Source of the DNA: the human T2T-CHM13v2.0 reference genome, Homo sapiens
NCBI RefSeq assembly: GCF_009914755.1
Contig: NC_060932.1
Length of the DNA: 64,000 nucleotides
Reading direction: 5' to 3' (one strand)
In this document: one piece after another, positions 54,680 to 64,000 of the stretch
Layout: each line of letters begins with the position of its first letter
Numbering within the stretch: the stretch's first letter is position 1
Position numbers and translations under genes: made by a program
Notes under the pieces: generated by a model
Seen by the model: only the letters and a program-made list of their open reading frames with translations
Database searches by the model: none
Told to the model about the DNA's origin: nothing

Positions 54680-55103
54680 TGTCTTAGTCCATTTGTGTTG
54701 CTATAAAAGAACACCTGAGGCTGAGTAATGTATAAAGGATAGAGGTTTATTTGGCTCACGGTTCTGCAGGCTGTACAAGAAGAATGCACCAGCATCTGCT
54801 TCTGGTGAGGGCCTCTGGTTGTTTCCGCTCATGGAGAAGGGGAAGAGGACTTGGTATGTGCAGTGCAGAGATCACATGGTGAGACAGGAAGCAAGAGGAA
54901 GTGACAGCACAGGTGTCAGGCTCTTTTTGACAACCAGATTTCACGGGAACCAATAGATCAAGAATTCACTCATTACTGTGGAAATAGTCATTCTTGAGGG
55001 ATATTCCCCCATGACCCCAACAACTCCCATTGAGCCCACTGCCAAAATGGGGGATCAAATTTCAATGTGAGGTTTTAGGGGGACAAATATCGAAACTATA
55101 GCA
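54680..55103 (-). mobile_element. MST (MSTB-like) MaLR solo LTR
   Basis: TGTCTTAGTCCATTTGTGTTGCTATAAAAGAACACCTGAGGCTG...GGGGACAAATATCGAAACTATAGCA. Confidence 0.92.
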
Positions 55104-55134
55104 ATCCACTTCCCCCACACTCAAAATCATTAGC

Positions 55135-55335
55135 AGATGCTAAACAAGGGAAACATACATAAATGGTTCACCATCCATTTTTGTAAATAAGGCTTTATTG
55201 GAACACAGCCATACTGATTGGTTGATGTATTCTCTGCCACTGCTTTAAGGCTATAATGGCAGAGTTGAGTAGTTGCAGCTATGGTACACAAGGCCTAAAA
55301 TATTTGAATACCTAGCCATCTACATAAATCATTCA
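55135..55335 (+). mobile_element. MER58A hAT-Charlie MITE
   Basis: TTTTTGTAAATAAGGCTTTATTGGAACACAGCCAT...GGCAGAGTTGAGTAGTTGCA...GCCTAAAATATTT. Confidence 0.88.
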
Positions 55336-55344
55336 TCAATCCTT

Positions 55345-55640
55345 GATATAAAATAACCTAGTAAGAAATTGTCAGTAAAATGAGAATTCATGGATAAGAT
55401 GATAAAACAGCAAAATGACATAAAAAGTGAGACTGAAATTCTAAAAGGGGAAAAAAAACTAGGAACCAAAACATCATTTGTTACCAATAAAAGTGGAAAA
55501 GCAAGGAACACAATAGACACCTCTGGAAACCAAATTACTGCCATAGAAAAGTAGCCTAGATAATCATTGTCAATGTAGATGACCAAAAAATTAAATTAAA
55601 TTAAATTTTAAAAAGAGAGACAGAGAGATTAAATAGGCAA
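55345..55640 (+). mobile_element. HAL1 / L1 ORF1 coiled-coil-like relic
   Basis: A-rich; GCAAGGAACACAATAGACACCTCTGGAAACCAAATT translates ARNTIDTSGNQI, similar to the L1 ORF1p heptad region. Confidence 0.5.
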
Positions 55641-57370
55641 ACACCACTTAAGAAAAAACAACTCTCACCTCTTAATGTGTTTTAATCTCCCTTTTTAAAT
55701 AGAAAGTAATCTTTTAAGAAAAGCTCTCCCCTGTGGTGACAATACAATTATTTGAAGATCAGAGATTCTTAGTTTAATATGAGTTTTCTCCCTTCTGTTA
55801 AATTATAATAAAATTATGTTAAATTTAAAATAGGGGCCTTTTATGTAACTGTTTCCCTAAAAGTGCAGCCTAGCCTACCCCTTCTATCTTTATATTTGTA
55901 CAGAAAGACATTCAAAATGATGTTCACCTAGTTAAAATCATGATTGCTATTGGATGGTGTGATTTGAGGGTGATTTTTAGTCGTCTCTGTGTTTTCCTAT
56001 ATTGTTTAAAACTTAAATCATTCACTTATTTTCTTTTTTAAAAGAAGATAATTTTTCTTAAAAACAAAGACTAAGATGTTATTTTTTGGATGGCGCCATA
56101 TGGATGGTGGCTACCATCTTCCTCTGTATAATTTAAATTTCTCCTAAACAATGCTTTGAATATTTTTATTGATTTGTTTTTTGGAACTGCCCACAGTATC
56201 TAGCATAAGCAAGGCACATAATCCATGTTCATTAAAAATTTCATTGATTTTTTTTTTCTAAAATGTCCCAGGGATTGTTCGCTGTTCTCAATGACAGTAA
56301 GAGTTTAAAATATTGTTGACACAAAGTTACTTGTAATTTATTTTGTACTTTATTAATTACAGTAGAAATACAATTGAATCTCTTTGTAATATTAATAGCA
56401 ATAAAAGAAAAAACAGTTTAAATAGTTTTAAAATGCCCCAAAGCTTTGCATGTCATGACAAACCACAAAAGCCAAGTCATCGCCACCCATTTTTCACCTT
56501 TGTTCTCATTGAAGGAGAGCAGCTATTCTAAAACTTGTCCCCCAGATTCTCAAAACCTCTGATCCACTGTAGCTCTGGCAGTCCCGCCTTCTCCCACCCC
56601 ATTCTCCGGCTTTTCTCAAGCTATTATTCTTCTAACTCTTTCCTGAGCAGCACTTTGCCTTTTCTAAAGAAGAGGTTATGAACTTTCTAGAGCTTGTCAT
56701 TCTTCTACCAATTACCTAGATCCACACAACAAAGGAAAGAGGAGAAAATAAAGGCTGGGGATCTCCAAGTGTTCTTCCAGCTTGACAGTTTAGTGATGGC
56801 TGTGCTCTCCCATGAAGGAGAGGGCAATTGATTAAAATCATTAAGAAACAGGAGGTACAGAATTCAGTGTTCAAATGGGCACGCTCTTTATTTAGCGCAG
56901 GAGGTGAATTTACCCAGTGGGCTGGATTAATTGGGGAAGGTGGCCTGGAGAAGCTGGGGATTATGCTGAATCCAAAAGAAGGTAAAATTTACTTATAATG
57001 AGGAGAGAAAGGAAGAAGAGACTTCCCTGTGAGAGAAATACCATCAGCAAAGTGCAGAGGTAGACATGGTTTGCCAGACTCTCAATCCAGGGGTAGAAAC
57101 CACATCCCTGTGAGGGAGAAAAGAAAAGGTGTGTTGAACCAGGTTAATCAAGAGAAGCTCATCAACTAGTATACATGGTCTTAGGTGGTAGCATGACCTT
57201 AGTAAATATGCAGAAACATGTACTAATTATAGGGTCCTGCCTCCATTTGGCAGTGGGGGAATCATCCTTTCCTTGTCTCCTCCAGTCTTAGGGTTCTACC
57301 CATCTTCTGACTGCTGTATCAGTCCCTGGCCTCCTGTTATTTACCCAACGAGAATACAAAGATGCGAGAG

Positions 57371-57637
<267 letters not shown>

Positions 57638-57855
57638 GGAAGAAGAAAAGAAAGGGAAGGGAAGGGAAGGGAGAAAGAAAGAGACAGAGAAAGAGAAAGA
57701 GAGAGAGAAAGAGAAAGAGAAAAAGAGAGAGAAAGAGAGAAGAGAGAGAGAAGAGAGCGAGAGAAAGAGACAGAGAAAGAGAGAGAGAAAGAGAAAAAGA
57801 GAGAGAGAGAAAAAAGAAAGAGAGAGAAAGACAGACAGAAAAGAGACAGACAGAT
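57638..57855. repeat. GA-rich polypurine tract extending from the Alu tail
   Basis: Read directly: (GGAAG)n and (GAGAAA)n. Confidence 0.95.
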
Positions 57856-58139
57856 GCTGGAGTAGAGAGGGCAACATGTGCTTGTCTGTCTACGAAATGA
57901 AACACTTTGGAGTAGAAAGGAAAAACCATGTAGGAAAAGGAGAAGAAAGAAGAAGGAAGAAATCAGCTCTCCCCTTTCCCCCAACCTTTTCCTGGCAGCT
58001 TGGAGCTTCTAATGGTCGACGGAAGGCTCCATCATCACCAAACAGTGCAGCGTACAGACACAGCCACCTATTCTGAAGCCACTGGCTCTCTAGGGCTCCA
58101 GGCTTGCCTCTCCAAATGCCTGATTTGGAGCTTCCCTTG

Positions 58140-59220
<1,081 letters not shown>

Positions 59221-60064
59221 AAAAGATGGATTTCTTGTCTGGTCTTTGAGGTATTCACTTACATTCCAAGCCATTTCTTCTTGCCTGGGCTGAGCTTCCC
59301 CAGAGCCTGCCTGTTCTGATCGATCTGCAACATCTTCTAAAGTATGAATGATGCACCAAGTTAAATATAGGATTTGACTAGTTTTTCTTGCAGGCACTTT
59401 GGCTCAGGGCATGTAAGATCAACTACAGGTTGGGCTACAGCATGGTGCTCTGAGCCCTCAGTTTGAAATTCCAGGGATTGGGAAACACTAGCAAGTTCAA
59501 AGCCAGACCAAACCTGAATGTAATATTTAGAAGGCTGCTCCGAGACTATACTCCTGGACCAAAATGCTTAATACACACGTCAGCATCCTTGGCTTTCCAG
59601 AGTGGGTAGGTGCTGGGAGACAGGCTCCAGAAAAAAAAACTAAGCTCTGTGGATTCCACGACTTTATGTTCACCCCACCTAACCCGACCTACAGGCCTGG
59701 GGGACTTCAGGGGCTCTGACCTTCGTCCTCCTGCCCCAAATTTCCACACTGACAGCTCCATTTCTTCATAGGAATACATGCTATCAAGTAGCACGTGCCC
59801 CAAAGTGACAATTATGTCATGACTGCCTGACTCTGAAGGAGCTCTTCACCCTGGTTGGGGGAGAACCCACCACCTCTAGGAAAAGGAATAGAAGAAACAT
59901 GTTTGAGTTGAGGCGTGGAAAATATAAGCAGAATACAGAGGACTCCTCTATAGACACCCTGTGAGTGACCTAGGCTGATGCAGAGCAGGCCCGAGGAAGG
60001 GAAAGAGGAGAGAGGAACAAAGAAGCGAAGGAAAGGAGACTGACACAGACACCGACAGTGTCTC

Positions 60065-60320
60065 ATGTTTATAAAAAGGTTTCACGGCTTGGAAAGTAAT
60101 TTCAAATGTATTATGTCTTTTGATCCCAACACCACCACGGTGGGTTACAGCAAGCAGCTATAATTTTTTTTTTTTTTTTTTCATTTCATAGGTGGGGAAA
60201 CTGAGGCTTCGTGGGGCCTGACTCACTTAGAGTCAAAGAGCTAGTCAGAGGCTAATCCTGGATTTCAAACCTGTCTTCTGACCTCCAGCTGGGCGATCTT
60301 AGTACCACACCACCATGCCT
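60065..60320 (-). mobile_element. MIR SINE
   Basis: CATTTCATAGGTGGGGAAACTGAGGCT...GGATTTCAAACCTGTCTTCTGACCTCCAG. Confidence 0.82.
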
Positions 60321-61288
60321 CTGAACGTGGCTCTTCAGAAGCAAGCCTCTCTGTAAGTCTGGCAAATATCCTACAAACCTAGCATACAACTGGCTTTTTA
60401 CAATGGGTACAAAGTATGGGAATGTAAGGGAGCCCCGCCCAGGTAGCTGAGGACCTCGGGACTGACTTTCTGGTTCACTCTCTGGCCTCTCAATTGCTAA
60501 GATCTCAAACATGCTCAAGGTATGATTAATTTCACTAATCCTTGTGGACTTCTGTCATCCAGGTAAAAAATAACAATAATAATTGTCCTCCGGTGTCTAT
60601 ATGCCAGCAAGCACTGCAGGCCAAAATCAACCCTGGGTGATTATGAAAGTGGCTCTGGTGAACTCCTGCCTGTGCCTCCTGCAGCCACGTGGAACTATTC
60701 AAAATGATAATCTGGCATGTGGTAGTAACTCAGACTGGATGGGTCCATCACTCACAGAGCAGTGGGCACAGCCTCCAGAGTTCTTATGTCTTTTGCCAGG
60801 GCCAGCATTTCTACTCCAAGCTCTCATTCATCCTCTGCACAATTTATTTCTGCAGAGTGCCCTTCATACACATCAGCACTGCTTACTTTACCCTGAGAGT
60901 CAATCACCAGGTGCCAAGAGAAAGGGAAGGTTCCTTTGGGGAGATTTAAAGGGAGGCTTAGACTCAAGGTGACTGGGGCGAGAGAAGAAGAAAAGAGGGA
61001 TGGCCCTGGTGCAAGAGAAGACCCTGACTGGACCCTGAGATGAGACCCGGGAGGCCGTGGACTGTGGAAGGAGGATGAAGTTGGGCCTGGGGAAGAGAGA
61101 TCAGAGAACTGAACTATTCCAGCCCCTCCCCACTGCACCAAACAGCTGTTTGCCCTTGGCACTGAGTTTCTAGAGGCTTTAATTCAAGTTCTGTCACCCA
61201 GGAGTGGGAACTACTTAATACCACTCCTAGGAATTCTGAATAGAAGGAATCCTGGGAAGATTGTTAATAATTACAATAAAAAATGACA

Positions 61289-61591
61289 GGCCAGTCGTGG
61301 TGACTCATGCCTCTAATCCCAGCTGGAGGCTGAGGAGGGTGGATTACCTGAGGTCAGGAGTTCGAGACCAGCCTGGCCAACATGGTGAAATCCCATCTCT
61401 ACTAAAATAGAAAAATTAGCCAGACATGGTGATGGGTGCCTGTAAGCCCAGCTACTCCAGAGGCTGAGGCAGGACAGTAAGAATTGCTTGAACCTGGGAG
61501 GCGGAAGTTGCAGTGAGCTGAGACTGTGCCACTGTATTCCAGCCTGGGAGAGAGAGCGAGACGCTGTCTAAAAAAAAAAAAAAAAAAAAAA
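61289..61591 (+). mobile_element. AluS
   Basis: Dimeric Alu with a small 5' deletion and a poly-A tail. Confidence 0.96.
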
Positions 61592-62369
61592 GACAAATGT
61601 TGGGATTGGAGAGACTCAACTAATACTATCTCTTTCTTTCACCTGAATTCAGAACTGAGAAAGAGGCTCATGAATTGGACAGATGAAGACATGTGAAAAC
61701 AATGTCGTTGTTACCAGTAAAGGTGAGGATAGAGACTGTATCATAAACAGGTTTGTCTAGGTGGCTTAATTTCACTCTATCCTTGTTATTGCTTGTCCAC
61801 CCATCCTCAGACCCCTCTGAAATTCAAGCCTGCCTCTAGAAAACACACTAAGAGAAGGAGAGAAAGGAGCTGAAGCAGCTGCAGGTAGGCTGGCTCGAGA
61901 AAGGTGAGAGGAGGGAGCGCATCCACACAAGCTCTACTCCTTCTCTCAAACATGCCCATCTGAGAAGTCATGAAGGCCCAAGAGCTCCCTTTGTGGAAGC
62001 TTCCCCACCTGGAAGAGGACAAATGGAGAATAAGTGTCCTGTGCCCCAACACCTGACATCTGTGTAGTCCTTTACAGATTACAAAACACCGCCGTGCATT
62101 TGCAAAAGGAGTCTTTGAAGTAACCGTCTAAGTGACTCAAATTATGATTTTCATGCCCACTCTAAGCAAAATATGGGGTCAGAGGACCCCCATCCATGGC
62201 AGAGCTGGAAATCAAACCAGATTTCAAGCAAGTATTTGAAATCAGGTTTAAAAAAATATACCCAACAGGTGAGGTGAGACACTCTTGCAGCCATAGCCAT
62301 TAATGACTCCAGGAGAGGTGAATGGGCAGATGGACTGAGGAGTGCAGCAGAGGAAGTTCAGGGACACTT

Positions 62370-62480
62370 CTCAGTCTAACAAGCACTTACTGAGCACCTA
62401 CTGCATACTGCATGCTGTGTTGCATACTGGGGATAGAACCGTGAACAGACATGACCCCTGCCTTGTAAAGCTGGGGCAAA
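62370..62480 (-). mobile_element. L2 3' end
   Basis: AACAAGCACTTACTGAGCACCTACTGCATACTGCATGCTGTG...AGACATGACCCCTGCC. Confidence 0.8.
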
Positions 62481-62660
62481 ATGGGAAGTGTCTAGCAATC
62501 AAGAGGCTCTTTAGAGAGGGAAGCAGCCGCAGAGGTGATGTATGTGCACCCCTGGGACGTGCAGGGATATTTCTGGACTCACATCCCAAGAGGTGATTCA
62601 AGATGCAGAATCAGCCCCAACTCAGATTGGCCTTGGGTGCTCATTAAACAGCAGTAGCCA

Positions 62661-62958
<298 letters not shown>

Positions 62959-64000
62959 GTGGTAGCCACCATAGCCTGACTATAAAAAGGTAAAGCTCCC
63001 TGCTCTGTTATTACATCATTTCTTTGTGTTTGCATTTTTATTTTCTGCCTTTGACTTGTTTTGTTTTTCTCTGGGTCCTCTAACAAAATTCTTTCTCCAA
63101 AACCTCAAACTCTTGTGAGATGAACCAAAATAAGGAGAACTTGCGAATGCCCAGACAGGGAATGAGAAGTGAACCATGGTGCTGACCAGAGCCAAATGCT
63201 ACAGGTGCCAGGAAGGACCAGAAAGGGTCAAGAAAACAAAGTGATAAAAACGCACAGCGGGGAGATCTAGACAGCTCCGTGTTTTGAATCTCCTTAGTTT
63301 GGTTTGAAAACCCATCCAAACCCAAAACACCGGAAAACATATTCTTCTTTATTAGGTAGCCCATGTCTTCCATTTTCAGGTTTGCTGAGAAGGAAACAGT
63401 ATCCAAAGGCTGGGAACTGTCCTCTTATGTTCACACTATAAAGTCGTCTCCACTAGCATCTACCATTCCCATGCCATTTTAAGGATCTGCTCTCCAATGA
63501 TAGAGCCTCAACCCTCAGTCATGTTTTTCTAGGATATATGCAGTTTCCCCATAGAGCAGGAAAGAGCCTAAGTGGATGACGTTCTTCTAGTAGAGCTTCA
63601 TAGCCCTTTTATTACATACGGCTTTCTTCATCTGTCCTATGGATAAAAGGCCAGCCAGAGAGGGCAGGGCAACATTCAACCCACACTCAATAAAGAGGAT
63701 TATTTGTAACAAGCATTTAATGTCTTTTCAAAGCTTAATAATCAGTGACCTTTTCAAGATTTCTCAATTTGCTGGAATCTACCTCAGTCTTGATAATGAT
63801 CATCTGTGGCTTCTGTTATCCTGGAATCTCACATCTGGCTGGGCTTGTTCCCCCACAGGAGGTTTAATTTATGTGCAATAAATGCATCCAATCTAAGAGT
63901 ATAGATAAATGAATGTTTTACAGCATCAGTTTATTATTTAAATATCATGTGGAGTGAATCAAGCAATGATTTTGCTGAGTGGAGTATCTCTCTAGATGCT

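Noticed and set aside
63165-63280. Possible REST/RE1 site
   Set aside because: Only a left half-site (TCAGCACCATGG on the minus strand); the right-half-like GACAGCTCC is ~80 bp away on the other strand.

Overview
This is non-coding primate (human-like) nuclear DNA: CpG-poor, with no CpG island and dominated by transposable-element relics. I found no credible protein-coding exon, RNA gene, processed pseudogene or CRISPR array. The listed ORFs are short by-products of Alu, L1, LTR, low-complexity or tandem-repeat sequence. Main contents: (i) a decayed two-LTR ERVL provirus (ERV3-16A3/LTR16-like, ~4690-9998) with recognisable RT-end, integrase and dUTPase remnants plus nested MLT1A and Alu insertions; (ii) solo LTRs (two THE1, MSTB, MLT1, MER51, LTR33-like); (iii) about 18 Alu/FLAM elements, 15 on the + strand, one with three arms; (iv) many L2, MIR, CR1/L3, old L1 and MER5/MER58 fragments; (v) a 42-bp minisatellite and several microsatellite or polypurine tracts. 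The structures TE annotation does not explain are two separate ~230-bp, ~90%-identical local dispersed duplications within 7 kb, and the minisatellite, whose minus strand reads as a nearly continuous 14-aa-repeat frame. I see no sequence evidence for a new biological system. Repeat family names come from recalled consensus sequences, not a database search, so subfamily calls and old-element boundaries are approximate.
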